Positions 51,202 through 62,311 of a stretch of DNA of 64,000 bases are shown here, piece by piece (within the stretch, counting starts at the first letter, position 1; each line of letters opens with the position of its first letter). The notes beneath the pieces are model-generated. The model was not told the origin of the DNA and did no database searches. It saw only the letters and a list, made by a program, of their open reading frames with translations. Location: positions 1 to 64,000 of the forward strand of contig CAVPXI010000018.1 in assembly GCA_963709585.1 (NCBI GenBank), in the 5' to 3' direction. The position numbers and the translations under genes are program-made. This DNA is from Candidatus Dormiibacterota bacterium (GTDB taxonomy: Bacteria; Chloroflexota; Dormibacteria; Aeolococcales; Aeolococcaceae).

Positions 51202-52839
51202 GTGGATTCTCGATTGCATTTGTCTCGGCGTGGCAGCCAGGCAGGGGCGGGAATCGTCGGTGCGGCCGTGGCGATCAGGTTGCTCACGCTTCCTGTCAGC
51301 CCCGGTGTCCGTGTCGTGGACGCGCTCATGGCCGCGCTGGCTGCGGGCGCCGGCAGCCTGCTGCTTCGCCTGCCCCAACCACTCGAGCGGTTCCGCCACA
51401 GGGCATCAGTGTTGGGCGCCGTCGGGCTCGCGGTGGTTGCCGCGGTCGGGTTGCGGGCGGCCGCCGGTCAGCTTCCCGACTTCGCGCTGATCGCGGCGCT
51501 CGCCTTCACGGCCATCCTGGTCGGGCTGGACACCGACGCGCCCCAGACCGGCCCGGCGCGAACGATCGCACCACTGTCTCGCGACCCCTGGCCGTTCGCA
51601 CTCGCAGCCGCCGGAGCCGTCGTCGCAATCTTCGTCGCGCTGTGGCTCACCACGGCTCCCGCGTCATCGGGGATCGGGTCACTGGTGGTGGCGGTGGCCG
51701 CGATGATCGGGGTCAAGCTCATCGCCGTCGGTGGGGCCGGACGCAGCCTCGCCCGGTTGGACGACGAGACGCGCCGCGGGCACGTGTACGCGACCCTCGG
51801 TCGCAAGCTCGGCGTCGCGCGCGATGTCACCTCGGTCGCCTCGGCCGTCCTCGAAGCCTGCCGGGAGATCTTTCCGGAGACGTCAACGGGCATGGTGCTC
51901 ATCAATGACCCGGCGGACGGACTCCTGAAGTCCCCAGGTACTTTCTTGTCTTCGAGTGGCGTGGGATCGGGTGGTCCCGGATACGAGCTCGCTCCCGGCG
52001 AGGGACTGGGCGGTGCCGTCTTCGTCGCCGAGCGGGCGGCCGTGTGGCCGACGACCCTGTCCGCTTCGATGGCGCAGGCGAGCCTCAGGGAGGCGAATCG
52101 GATCCGGCTCCGACAGTCGAAGCTTGGATTCATCCGCTCGGCGATCGGCGCCCCGCTCCGGGTCGATGGAACCGCGATCGGAGCGATCGTGCTCACCTCG
52201 GAGCGGCAGGAGAACGCCTGGGCCGAGGCCGATGCGCCGATCATCGAAGCCCTCGCCGACGAGGCCGCGCGCGCGATCGAGCGAGCCCGACGCCACGAGG
52301 AGGAGATGGGGCGCGCATTGCTCGACGCCGTCACCGGGATGGCCACGCGCCCGCAACTGCTCGCCGTCCTCGACAAGGAGCTCGCCCGCGCGTCGCGACG
52401 CGAAAGCACGCTCGCGCTGATCATCGCCGACATCGACGGCTTCGGAGACCTCAACGACCGCTGGGGCCACGACGCCGGCAACCGGGTGCTCGAGACATTT
52501 GCCGACGTGCTTCGATCCATCCTCCGCCGGGAGGACAGCGCTGCCCGCTTCGGCCCCGACGAGTTCGTCTGCGTGCTCCCCGGCGCCGATCGCGACCAGG
52601 CCGGCGCAGTCGTCGCGCGCATCCAGCAGCGATTCACCGCTGACACCTCCGGAGACCAGGGCGTGGGCCGGTCCGGCGCAACGGCCTCGGCAGGCCTCGC
52701 CGTGTATCCGAGCAACTCGGCGGACATGGGAGGCCTCCTCGAGGCGGCCTCGCGTGCCCTCGCGGCCGCGAAGGAGACGTATGAATTGACCGGCCGGTCA
52801 AGGCTCCGGCGCCGGGCTCGAGACGCCGCCTCGAATTGA
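51202..52839 (+). CDS. Membrane GAF-GGDEF protein with degenerate GPDEF site
   Basis: N-terminal TMs, GAF (IGAPL), DIDGF..LNDRWGH, RREDSAARFGPDEF. Confidence 0.85.
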   Translation: MDSRLHLSRRGSQAGAGIVGAAVAIRLLTLPVSPGVRVVDALMAALAAGAGSLLLRLPQPLERFRHRASVLGAVGLAVVAAVGLRAAAGQLPDFALIAALAFTAILVGLDTDAPQTGPARTIAPLSRDPWPFALAAAGAVVAIFVALWLTTAPASSGIGSLVVAVAAMIGVKLIAVGGAGRSLARLDDETRRGHVYATLGRKLGVARDVTSVASAVLEACREIFPETSTGMVLINDPADGLLKSPGTFLSSSGVGSGGPGYELAPGEGLGGAVFVAERAAVWPTTLSASMAQASLREANRIRLRQSKLGFIRSAIGAPLRVDGTAIGAIVLTSERQENAWAEADAPIIEALADEAARAIERARRHEEEMGRALLDAVTGMATRPQLLAVLDKELARASRRESTLALIIADIDGFGDLNDRWGHDAGNRVLETFADVLRSILRREDSAARFGPDEFVCVLPGADRDQAGAVVARIQQRFTADTSGDQGVGRSGATASAGLAVYPSNSADMGGLLEAASRALAAAKETYELTGRSRLRRRARDAASN

Positions 52840-52878
52840 CATCGGCTGACGAATAGTTCTACACTCAAACTATTCGTC
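52836..52878 (+). promoter_or_regulatory. Sigma70-type promoter with overlapping MarR operator
   Basis: TTGACA (52836) - 18 nt - TACACT (52860); 11-bp inverted repeat GACGAATAGTT/AACTATTCGTC at 52848 and 52868. Confidence 0.8.
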
Positions 52879-52900
52879 CATCGAACACTCGAGGGAGAGT

Positions 52901-53434
52901 GTGAGCCAGGCACCTTCGGTGGAACGGCCACGCCGTTCCCCACAGATCACCAGCGGTGCTCGTCGCGATGAGCTGGCCGACCTGCTGTTCGGGTATATCG
53001 GCGGTCTCAAGCGCCGGCTCATGGCCAGCGTCCCCGAGGAGCTCAAGGGTGAGTTCGGCGCGGTCACCTGGCATCAGGTCGGAGCGCTCGAGCAACTTCG
53101 CGTTGCGACTCAAACGTCGGCCGGAGCGACCATGAACGAGATCGCGCGCATGAATCAGTGCGCGCTCAGCTCGGCGAGCGCGCTGGTGGACCGCATGATC
53201 CGTCTCGGATTCGCCGAGCGGCTCAGCAACTCCGGAGACCGGCGCATCATCCACATCGCTCCGACCCCGCTCGGCCTGCAGATGCTCGACCGATTCGACG
53301 AGGCGCGCAAAGCGGTTTCGCTCGAGGCGCTGGCCACGCTGAGCGACGCGGACCTCGAGGAGCTGGTGCTCCTCATGCGCAAGATCGTCGACTGGCCCGA
53401 GCCCGGACACGTCAAGGAGGTCGCACATGACTGA
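52901..53434 (+). CDS. MarR-family regulator
   Basis: TMNEIA...SASALVDRM...GDRR...TPLG. Confidence 0.88.
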   Translation: MSQAPSVERPRRSPQITSGARRDELADLLFGYIGGLKRRLMASVPEELKGEFGAVTWHQVGALEQLRVATQTSAGATMNEIARMNQCALSSASALVDRMIRLGFAERLSNSGDRRIIHIAPTPLGLQMLDRFDEARKAVSLEALATLSDADLEELVLLMRKIVDWPEPGHVKEVAHD

Positions 53435-55269
53435 GGTGCTTGACCGCCCCGACGCGCGGGCCGCCGAGGTCGCGCCCGCAGACAGCGGCGCCGGCGTCGC
53501 AGAGGTTCGATCCGGGCGTTTCGACTACAAGTGGATCGCGCTCGGCGTGGTGTTGCTCGGCACGATCATGACGATCCTTGACGCGACCATCGTCAACATC
53601 GCCATACCGACGCTCCAGGTCGACCTCAAGGCCGGCTCGTATGCGGACATCGCGTGGGTCGTGACCGGCTACATGCTCGCGCAGGGCGCGGTGATCCCGA
53701 TGGCCGGATGGGCGAGCGATCGCTTCGGAACCAAGCGCCTGTACCTGGTCACCATCGCGCTCTTCACGCTCGCATCGATGGCGTGCGGGGTCGCCCAGAA
53801 CCTCCCGGAACTGGTCGTCTTCCGGGTGCTGCAGGGACTCGGTGGCGGCATGCTCATGCCGATCGGCATGACCATCATCATGCGAGCGGTCGGGCCCCAG
53901 AACATGGGACGGGTCATGGGGATCTTCGGGATCCCGATGCTGCTCGCGCCCGCGGTCGGGCCCGTGCTCGGCGGCTGGTTCGTGCAGGACTTCTCGTGGC
54001 GGCTGATCTTCTACGTCAACGTCCCCATCGGCCTGATCGCGTTCGCGTCCGCCTGGCGGTTCCTCACCGAGTTCGCCAAAGGCGCACGGGCTGCGGCTGG
54101 ACACATTCGGCCTCCTCACCGCGCCGCCGGCGGCCGTGGCGGTGATGTACGCCGTCGACCAGAGCATCGCGCGGGGCTGGGGATCGTTGCTGGTCATCAG
54201 CCTTCTCGGCGGTGCCGCGCTGTTGCTCGCAGCCTTCGTGCTGTCGCAACTGGGCCGGCGGCGCGCGGCGACGCTGCTGATGGTTCCGCTCGCCGCCGCC
54301 GCGCTGCTGCTCGCGCTCCGCAATGGCGTCGTCGAAGGCTGGACCGCCCTGGACACGATGGTGATGCTCGCGGGTGCCGCGCTTGCGGTCGTGAACCTCG
54401 TGATCGGCGATCGCGGCAACCCGGAGCCACTGCTCCAGTTGCGCCTCTTCCGCGACCCGACCTTCTCTTGGTCGATGGGCCTCAGCTTCATCATCGTGAC
54501 CGCCCTCTTCGGCGGCATGCTGTTGCTGCCGCTCTACCTGCAGGAGGTGCACGGGTACAGCCCACTCGAGACCGGACTCCTCCTGCTGCCACAGGCCGTC
54601 ACCGCCGCGGTCGCGATGCCGCTCGGCGGCTATCTCACCGACCGTATCGGCCCGCGGCCGGTGGTCGCAACCGGCATGGTCATGCTTGCGGGCGGCGGTT
54701 TCCTGCTCGCGCAGATTCACCCGACGTCATCGAACTGGCTCGTCGTCAGCGCGCTGCTGCTGCGCGGGTTCGCGATGGGATTCTCGATGATGCCGTCGAT
54801 GGCCGCGGCGATGGCGCGCGTTCCGCGTCACCTCAGCTCGAGTGCGTCGAGCATCTCCAACAGCCTGCAGCGTATCGGCTCATCGATCGGCATCGCGGTG
54901 CTGGTGACCGTACTCGCGGCGCAGTTCACGACCGCGATCGGACAGGCGTCGTGCGCTCCTTCACCGGCTGCGCTCAGCGCTGCATCGACACCCGGCCATC
55001 AACTCACCACCGCCGAGTTCTGCAGCACGTTGCAGGGACAGTACGCGACGCTGATCCAGAACGGCGGTCAGACGACCACGACCGGGAAGGTCGCGCCGGT
55101 GGTCGCCCAATTCGGCCGGACATATGCGTCGGATGCGCTCAGCACCTCGTTCGATCGAACCTTCGGATTCATCACGATCCTGACGCTCCTCGGCGTGATC
55201 CCCGCGCTGTTCCTGCGCAGGCCTGACAAGACGGCGGGCGGACAGATTCCTCAGCTCGATGCCGCGTAA
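53427..55269 (+). CDS. DHA2/EmrB MFS efflux transporter (apparent frameshift near 54072)
   Basis: LDATIVNIA, GWASDRFG, APAVGP; C-terminal half in the next frame. Confidence 0.9.
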
Positions 55270-56274
55270 GGTCCTGGTCCTCGGGGGTACCGACTTCGTC
55301 GGACCCGCGGTCGTCGCCTCGGCGCTCGCCCGCGGAGACGACGTGACGATCTTTCATCGCGGCCAGACCGGAGCGGTACCCGACGGTGTCCGCGCGATCC
55401 ACGGCGACCGCACCAACACGGCCGACCTCGATGCATTGACCAGCGACGAGTGGGACCTGGTTGTCGACGCCTGGTCGCACGCGCCACGGGTCGTGTACGA
55501 GTCCGCGCGAAAACTCGAGCCGCACGCAGCGCGCTATGTCTACGTCTCGACCATCTCGGTGTACGCAGAAGCCCACGATGGCGTCATCACCGAGGCGTCG
55601 AAGACGGTCGACGCGCGCCCCGACGCCGGCGCAACCGAGTACGGCGCCGACAAACGCGGCGCCGAGCTTGCCGTTGAGAGCGTGTTCGGCGCCGAGCGTT
55701 GCCTCTTCGCACGACCCGGGCTGATCCTCGGACCGCGCGAGAACATCGGGCGTCTGCCCTGGTGGCTGCGCCGGATCGCTGCCGGCGGCGACGTGCTCGC
55801 ACCCGGCCCGCAGGACCTCGCGGTGCAGTACATCGATGCGCGGGATCTCGCGGCCTTCGCCATCGACACTGCGCTGAACGGGGCGGTGAACACGTTCGCC
55901 GGCCTGGCCACACCACGATGGCGGAGGTTCTCGATCTCTGCCACGAGGTGACCGATTCGACCGCGACGTTCACCTGGGTGGACGCGGACTTCCTGCTGGA
56001 GCACAAGGTCGAGCCCTGGACGGAGCTGCCGATCTGGGTGCCGCCGGTCGCCGACATGGCGAACTTCTACACGTGCGATTCCTCGCTCGCGCTTCGATCG
56101 GGACTCACCTGCCGCTCCGCGCGCGAGACAGTGGCGGACACGTGGTCGTGGCTGCGCGATAACCCGGACTGGTCACCGCTCGCGAGCGCCAATCGCTCGG
56201 GCGTCGGCATGAACCCGGAGCGCGAGGCGGCGTTGCTCGCCGCCTGGGCCGATCAGCCGCCCGCAGCCCTGTAG
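55259..56274 (+). CDS. NAD-dependent epimerase/dehydratase (apparent frameshift near 55895)
   Basis: LGGTDFVG, YGADK, ARPGLILGP, VEPWTELPIW. Confidence 0.85.
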
Positions 56275-57071
56275 CGTCGCTGTCGCCGCGCCACGAGCTC
56301 GTCGATCGGGATCTCCCCGAGCTCGTCGAGATGTCGGATCACCGCTCCGCGGATGGCGGCGATGACCAGTGGTGCGTGCGCGTGCGCACCGGGGGGCGGC
56401 TCGGGGATGAGCTCGTCGACGAGCCCGATCCGGTTCGCGGTGTCGACGCCCGGACGCAGCGCCGCAGCGGCGCGAGCGCGCTGTCCCGCGTCCCGATAGA
56501 GGATCGCCGCGCAGGTCTCGGGAGGCGCGACGGTGTACACCGCGTTCTCGAGGGCGAGCACGCGGTCGGCCAGTGCCAACGCAAGCGCACCGCCGGAGCC
56601 GCCTTCGCTGAGCACCACGCTGACTGTCGGCGTACGCAGGCCGAGCATGCAGAGCAGCGCCTCGGCGATCGCCCAGGCCTGGCCGCGCTCCTCGGCGCCG
56701 ATACCGGCGTGTGCGGCCGGCGTGTCGACCAGACAGACCACCGGCATCGAGAACTTTTCCGCCTGGCGCATGAGCCGCACCGCCTTGCGGTACCCCTCCG
56801 GGTGGGGCATACCGAAGTTGTGGAGCGCGCGAGTCATCGGGTCGGTGCCCTTCTCCTGACCGATCACCATCACCGACCGGCCGCCGAGCCGCGCGGGCCC
56901 GCCGACCACCGCTCGGTCGTCACCGAAGAGCCGGTCACCGCGGAGCTCGGTCCAACCCCCGGTGATGGCGGCGATCACCTGCAGCGCGCGCGGACGCTCC
57001 GGGTGGCGGGCGAGCTCGACTGCCGCAAAGGCGACGCGCTCGCGTTCGGTGGTCTCGATCGAGGTGCTCAT
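56253..57071 (-). CDS. accA: Acetyl-CoA carboxylase carboxyltransferase alpha
   Basis: ARHPERP, NFGMPHPEGYRKA, GAEERGQ, EGGSGGAL. Confidence 0.93.
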   Translation of the reverse strand: MSTSIETTERERVAFAAVELARHPERPRALQVIAAITGGWTELRGDRLFGDDRAVVGGPARLGGRSVMVIGQEKGTDPMTRALHNFGMPHPEGYRKAVRLMRQAEKFSMPVVCLVDTPAAHAGIGAEERGQAWAIAEALLCMLGLRTPTVSVVLSEGGSGGALALALADRVLALENAVYTVAPPETCAAILYRDAGQRARAAAALRPGVDTANRIGLVDELIPEPPPGAHAHAPLVIAAIRGAVIRHLDELGEIPIDELVARRQRRYRAAGG

Positions 57072-57943
57072 GCGCGTCCCGAGTAGATGCGGATCAGCGT
57101 CCCCACCGTGTCGCGCAGGCGGCGGCGCTCGACGACCGCGTCGACCATCCCGTGAGCGAGCAGGAACTCGGCGGTCTGGAAGCCGTCGGGAAGCTTGTCG
57201 TGGGTCGCCTGCTCGATCACCCTGCCCCCGGCGAACCCGATTCGCGCTCCCGGCTCGGCAATGATCACGTCGGACTGGACCGCGAAGGAGGCGGTGACCC
57301 CGCCGAAGCAGGGGTCGCCGAGGATGCTGACGTAGGGAAGTCGCGCGGCGATGATCTCGGCGACGGCCGCCGAGCAGCGCGCCATCTGCGCCAGCGAGGC
57401 GATGCCCTCCTGCATCCTCGCGCCGCCCGACGTGCACACCGCCACCAGCGCCCGTTGCTCGGCGCCGGCGACCTCGCAGGCGCGGGCGAAGATCTCGCCG
57501 GCGCCGCTACCCAGCGATCCGCCGAGGAATTCGAAGTCCATGCAGGCGAGCACCACCGGATTCCCGGCGAGCGAAGCCCTGGCGGTGAGGAAGGCCTCGT
57601 GCAGGCCGGTGCGCTCGCGGGCTCGGGCCACCCGTTGCGGGTAGGGGACACCGTCGTCGAACCCGAGGGGATCGCGATCGCCCACCTCCACGACGAGCGT
57701 CTCGGCGGTGTTCGGGTCGGCGAGCTGGTCGATGCGCTCCGCAGCGCCGACGACACCGTGATGGCCGCACTCGGAGCAGACGTTGAGGTCGGCCGCGTAA
57801 CGCTCGGCGACGAACCGGCGCTTGCAGCGAGGACATGCGACCGTCCCGGTGGTCGGCGCCGTGGGCCTGAGTTCGGGTCCGGGCGCCTGAAGCCTGTTTC
57901 GCGGCGCCTGTCGCCGCGACGTCACCGCGTCGGCGCGATCCAT
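57068..57943 (-). CDS. accD: Acetyl-CoA carboxylase carboxyltransferase beta
   Basis: CPRC/CSEC zinc finger, SGGARMQEG, GGVTASF, FQTAEFL. Confidence 0.93.
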   Translation of the reverse strand: MDRADAVTSRRQAPRNRLQAPGPELRPTAPTTGTVACPRCKRRFVAERYAADLNVCSECGHHGVVGAAERIDQLADPNTAETLVVEVGDRDPLGFDDGVPYPQRVARARERTGLHEAFLTARASLAGNPVVLACMDFEFLGGSLGSGAGEIFARACEVAGAEQRALVAVCTSGGARMQEGIASLAQMARCSAAVAEIIAARLPYVSILGDPCFGGVTASFAVQSDVIIAEPGARIGFAGGRVIEQATHDKLPDGFQTAEFLLAHGMVDAVVERRRLRDTVGTLIRIYSGRA

Positions 57944-58938
57944 CGCAGAGCGATGCCACCCCACACGACGCCCGATCCGAACGCGATGCAGACCACTCGG
58001 TCACCCTGACGCATCCTGCCGTTCTCCACGGCTTCGGCCAGCGCGATCGGGATCGAAGCGCCGCTGGTGTTGCCGTACCGATCGATGTTGATCACCACCC
58101 GGTCCAGCGGCATGTTCAGGCGCTTCGCCACCGCCTCGATGATGCGCAGATTGGCCTGGTGGGGGACGAGCAACGTCACGTCGTCCAGCGACCAGCCGGC
58201 CTCGGCACAAACCGCCCGCGCCGCGTCCGCCATCCGCTCCACGCCGAGACGGAAGGTCCCCTTGCCGTACATGCGAAGGCCGTTCTCGCCGTCCTCGTCG
58301 CCGGCCTTCGGGCCGTAGTAGATGAGATCCGCCTCGCCGCCGTCGGCGCCCCACTGGATGCCCTCGATGCCCCCGGCGTCGGAGACGCCGAGCACCGCGG
58401 CACCGGCGCCGTCACCGAAGAGCACGCAGGTCGACCGGTCCTTGTAGTCGATGAGCGACGTCAGGGCGTCGCCGGCGATGACCAGCACCCGGCTCATTCC
58501 CGACGACACGATCAGGCCGCGGCCGATGGCGACCCCGTAGACGAAGCCGGCACAGGCGGCGGCGATGTCGAACGCGGGGATGCCGCCCAGGCCGAGGCGG
58601 CGTTGCACGAGGCAGGCGGTGGAAGGGAGCGGCGAATCGGGGGACACGGTCGCGACGATCAGGGCGTCGACGCTGTCAACCTTCGCGGCGGCCATCGCTC
58701 GACGCCCGGCCTCCGCGGCCATCATCGACGTGGTCATCCCCGACGCGATCTTGCGTCGCTCGCGGATACCCGTGCGCTCGAGGATCCAGGCGTCTGATGT
58801 TTCCACCATCGCCTCGAGGTCGGCGTTGGTGATGATCTCGTCGGGCAGGTACGACGCGATTCCCAGGATGGCCGCCGTGCGAGTGGCGCCTGGGGGAACT
58901 CCGACGGGGGTGGACGCGGGGGCGTGAAGGATCGCCAT
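57922..58938 (-). CDS. fabH: Beta-ketoacyl-ACP synthase III
   Basis: AACAG, LFGDGAGA, PHQAN, YGNTS. Confidence 0.94.
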   Translation of the reverse strand: MAILHAPASTPVGVPPGATRTAAILGIASYLPDEIITNADLEAMVETSDAWILERTGIRERRKIASGMTTSMMAAEAGRRAMAAAKVDSVDALIVATVSPDSPLPSTACLVQRRLGLGGIPAFDIAAACAGFVYGVAIGRGLIVSSGMSRVLVIAGDALTSLIDYKDRSTCVLFGDGAGAAVLGVSDAGGIEGIQWGADGGEADLIYYGPKAGDEDGENGLRMYGKGTFRLGVERMADAARAVCAEAGWSLDDVTLLVPHQANLRIIEAVAKRLNMPLDRVVINIDRYGNTSGASIPIALAEAVENGRMRQGDRVVCIAFGSGVVWGGIALRWIAPTR

Positions 58939-59007
58939 CTCGACAGAAGCTTAGGCGAGCGCCCGGGGTTACGTCACCGTTGCGCTGATGTACATTTCCC
59001 GATCGAG

Positions 59008-59487
59008 ATGCTCGGGAGCCTGCTCGCGGTCAACAACCCGTTCCCGTTTTCGATCAGCGGGTTCACCGGGCTCACCACTGCCCAGATCATCTCGTTCTTC
59101 ATCGTGTTCGTCATCTTCAACGCATACGTCGTCCTCATCGTGATCGCCCTGGTCGCCTTCTACTTCACCTCGAAGCCTCGGCACGGAGTGGTCCGGACGG
59201 CCGCCATCTGGCACTTCGTCGCCGTCCTGTGGATGCTCTTCGCGTTCGTGGGGACGGTCTGGGGCGCTCCGGCCGAGAAGACCTTCCTCGCCGGAACAGG
59301 CCTCGCGACGCTCGGCATCGGTCAGCGAGCCGTCAACGAGTTCATCAGCATGGGCTTTGCCTTCATCGCCGTCGTCTGCATGGCGATCGGGTTCGCCCGC
59401 GGCTCCGTGCAGAATCGAGCTATCCGCGAAGAAGCCCTCGTCTCCTTGACCTCGGCGGATCAGCCGGCCGGACTGCTATCGCAGTGA
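59008..59487 (+). CDS. 3-TM hypothetical membrane protein
   Basis: Hydrophobic segments, host-like codon usage. Confidence 0.65.
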   Translation: MLGSLLAVNNPFPFSISGFTGLTTAQIISFFIVFVIFNAYVVLIVIALVAFYFTSKPRHGVVRTAAIWHFVAVLWMLFAFVGTVWGAPAEKTFLAGTGLATLGIGQRAVNEFISMGFAFIAVVCMAIGFARGSVQNRAIREEALVSLTSADQPAGLLSQ

Positions 59488-59976
59488 GAACGACAGGATC
59501 GAGGCGGGGTTCAACAGGGCGAAGGCGCGCTGGACGGCGTGGGTCTCGTTGGTGATCGCGGTGATCCACAGGGCCGAGAGGTTGGTCACCGGCAGGAAGT
59601 CGCCGGGGTGGCGCTCGAGGTGGTCCTGGAGGTCGTGGCCCGGCGCGAGATGCACATCGCCGACCAGCGATATGGCCGAGGTGTTGATCGACGCCGCGTA
59701 GGCGACCGTCTCGCGCCACATCGCCGAGTTGCCGTCCGGTACCTCCTCGAGCGGTGACACCAGGATCACGCCCGCCTTGGCGATGGTCACGCGGGGCTCG
59801 AGCCTGCTGAGGACCGGGTAGTTCGTCGAGAGCGGCTCCGCGCGCGAATTCCTGACCTGAAGGAACGCCCCGAACCGGTTGATGCTGTCGCTGAGGCGCT
59901 CCGCGCCGAGGACCTCGAGCTCGCCCGTCAACCGTATGAAGGTGCCATAGATCTCGACCTCACGCCATCCGCTCAC
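59476..59976 (-). CDS. Hypothetical protein, two internal repeats (DUF6812-like)
   Basis: RLTGELEV...RLSD...FLQVRN and LVGDVHL...LQD...FLPVTN repeats. Confidence 0.6.
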   Translation of the reverse strand: MSGWREVEIYGTFIRLTGELEVLGAERLSDSINRFGAFLQVRNSRAEPLSTNYPVLSRLEPRVTIAKAGVILVSPLEEVPDGNSAMWRETVAYAASINTSAISLVGDVHLAPGHDLQDHLERHPGDFLPVTNLSALWITAITNETHAVQRAFALLNPASILSFSLR

Positions 59977-60088
59977 AGGCTGCCAAGGCTACTCTCCGGC
60001 GCCCGCCGCGGGCGCGCCTTTCCGGGGGCGCGGCGCGGCGTGTGCGGTGACGTATCCTTTCGGCCGTCTGACGCTCCGAACACGAGAT

Positions 60089-60223
60089 ATGGAACGCCTC
60101 ATCGTCGCCCTCCGCACCGACTTCGGATGCTTCGCCATCATCGTGGCATTCGTCGTGATCATGATTTCGGCGATTGTGTTCGCCAATATCCTCACCCCTC
60201 CAGCAAGCAATCCACTCCTGTAG
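60089..60223 (+). CDS. 44-aa single-TM peptide upstream of the Rieske gene
   Basis: MERLIVALRTDFGCFAIIVAFVVIMISAIVFANILTPPASNPLL. Confidence 0.6.
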   Translation: MERLIVALRTDFGCFAIIVAFVVIMISAIVFANILTPPASNPLL

Positions 60224-60318
60224 CCAGGGATGAGGCTCGATGCGACCCCCGGCCGGGCGGCGTTCACGCCGCAAGTTCGTAAACTTGTCCCAGGGACGAG
60301 CCCCGTCGTGAGGACTGT

Positions 60319-60987
60319 ATGGCACTGAATCCGTACGAATCGCCGCGGGGGAGGATGCGTGCTCGCGCCGAGTTGACGAGACGTCAGTTCCTGATGATCA
60401 TGGGTGGCCTCGCAGCTGCGGGCGCCAGCCTCTTCGGCGGCATCGAAAGTCTCAAGTTCCTGTTTCCGCAGGCGTCGTCAAACGCACCCGCGCTGTTCAA
60501 GACCTCGTTCACCTTCGAGCAGCTGACCGGCGGCATTGTCAACGGCAAGGCCGTGACGCCCGTCAACGTCCTCTCGGAGACCGCCAAGCGGGTCACCGTC
60601 GTGCTCGACGATGCCGGCATCTACGCGGTGTACCTGGTCTGCACGCATCTCGGTTGCACGCCGAACTACGTCACCGACGTGACCACCGGGTCCGGCGTGT
60701 CCTCGTCTGTGGCCGAAGCGCGTGGGGTGCGTACCGCGGACCAGCGACTCCCCAATGGGTGGGCGTGCCCCTGTCACGGCAGCCGCTACTTCATCGACTC
60801 GACGAACTTCTACGGCCCGGCGCCGCGGCCCATGGACTGGGTGAACATCGAGGTCACCCCGGACGGGTTCTTCGCGGTCGACCGAGCCGCACTGGTGGCG
60901 ACTCGTGGCCCTGGGAACAACCAAGCGCCACAATGGCGCCTGCTGGTCGATACCCAGAAGAGTAATGGCAAGACCCTCGGGGTCTGA
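60319..60987 (+). CDS. Rieske iron-sulfur subunit
   Basis: Tat signal TRRQFL, CTHLGC, CPCHGS, GPAPRP. Confidence 0.93.
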   Translation: MALNPYESPRGRMRARAELTRRQFLMIMGGLAAAGASLFGGIESLKFLFPQASSNAPALFKTSFTFEQLTGGIVNGKAVTPVNVLSETAKRVTVVLDDAGIYAVYLVCTHLGCTPNYVTDVTTGSGVSSSVAEARGVRTADQRLPNGWACPCHGSRYFIDSTNFYGPAPRPMDWVNIEVTPDGFFAVDRAALVATRGPGNNQAPQWRLLVDTQKSNGKTLGV

Positions 60988-61025
60988 GTGAGGAGGCGGG
61001 CTTCGCGAATGAGGGGTCTCGGTCG

Positions 61026-61757
61026 ATGAGCGCAACCCCCGGCCAGGCAAATCCGGTCCGCGCGTTTGTCGCGCAGCTCTGGGGATCGGTGTTCCGCCAC
61101 GGTCTGCCCACCAACGACAAGGTCGCAGCTCGCACCGCGCTGACCAACTTCTTCCTGCACATCCATCCGGTGCGGGTCAAGAAGTCCGCGGTTCGCGTGT
61201 CCTACACGCTGTGCCTCGGCGGCCTCTCGTTCTTCCTCTTCATTCTGCTGACGATCACCGGGCTGTTCCTGATGTTCTATTACATCCCCTCGGTGGACTC
61301 GGCGTATCAGAACGTCAAGGATCTGCAGTTCGTCGCCGTCTTCGGCGACATCATCCGCAACATGCATCGCTGGGCCGCGCACGCGATGGTGATCACCGTC
61401 TGGTTGCACATGGCTCGCGTGTTCTACCAGGGCGCCTACAAGCCGCCCCGGGAGTTCAACTGGGTCATCGGCACCTTCCTGCTCCTGATCACGCTGCTGC
61501 TCTCGTTCTCCGGCTACCTGCTTCCCTGGGACCAGCTCGCCATCTGGGCGATCACGGTCGGCACCAACATGGCCAAGTACGCCCCGATCGTGGGGCCCTA
61601 TACCCGATATCTCCTGCTCGGTGGCGACCAGGTAGCACAAGGTGCCCTGATTCGCTTCTACGTCTTACACGTCATCGCCCTGCCCCTCATCGGCTTCCTG
61701 CTGATGGTCGTACACTTCTGGCGCGTCCGTAAAGACGGGTTCACAGGAGGCCTCTGA
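61026..61757 (+). CDS. petB: Cytochrome b6 (split cytochrome b, N-terminal part)
   Basis: YTLCLGG (heme ci Cys), [23 protein letters not shown]. Confidence 0.92.
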   Translation: MSATPGQANPVRAFVAQLWGSVFRHGLPTNDKVAARTALTNFFLHIHPVRVKKSAVRVSYTLCLGGLSFFLFILLTITGLFLMFYYIPSVDSAYQNVKDLQFVAVFGDIIRNMHRWAAHAMVITVWLHMARVFYQGAYKPPREFNWVIGTFLLLITLLLSFSGYLLPWDQLAIWAITVGTNMAKYAPIVGPYTRYLLLGGDQVAQGALIRFYVLHVIALPLIGFLLMVVHFWRVRKDGFTGGL

Positions 61758-62311
61758 TGGCGACTGTCGTCGAGGGACGCGACCCACGAGGCTCGGTGGC
61801 GCCGCGTCCGCAGACGCCCGTCTCGGGACCTGAGCTGGCGAACACCCCACTGGTCATCCGCCGTCGCGAGGACGAGGAGACGGTGGTCACGTTCCCCTAC
61901 CTGGTGTGGCGGGAATTCCTTGCCGGCCTGGCGGCCTTCGTCTTCCTGATGCTGGTGTCGATCCAGGTCAACGCCCCGCTGCTCCAGAAGGCCAACGTGT
62001 CGATCACGCCCAACCCGGCCAAGGCGCCGTGGTACTTCGTCGGACTACAGGAGCTGCTCGAGCGATTCCCGCCGATCATGGCCGGGGTCGCGTTCCCGAG
62101 CTTCGTGATCATCTTCATGATCCTGACCCCGTACCTCGACCGCAACCCGAGCCGTCGCCCACAGGACCGCAAGGTGGCGATCGTGCTCTTCACGATCTAC
62201 GTCTGCCTCGCCGTGGCATTCGTGGTCATCGGCGAGTTCTTCCGCGGTGAAGCGTTCAACTGGGACTGGACCCTCATCCTCGGCCATCCGGGTCTGAGCT
62301 CGCCTGTATGA
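61757..62311 (+). CDS. petD: Cytochrome b6 subunit IV
   Basis: TPNPAKAPWYF (PEWY variant), PYLDR. Confidence 0.9.
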   Translation: MATVVEGRDPRGSVAPRPQTPVSGPELANTPLVIRRREDEETVVTFPYLVWREFLAGLAAFVFLMLVSIQVNAPLLQKANVSITPNPAKAPWYFVGLQELLERFPPIMAGVAFPSFVIIFMILTPYLDRNPSRRPQDRKVAIVLFTIYVCLAVAFVVIGEFFRGEAFNWDWTLILGHPGLSSPV

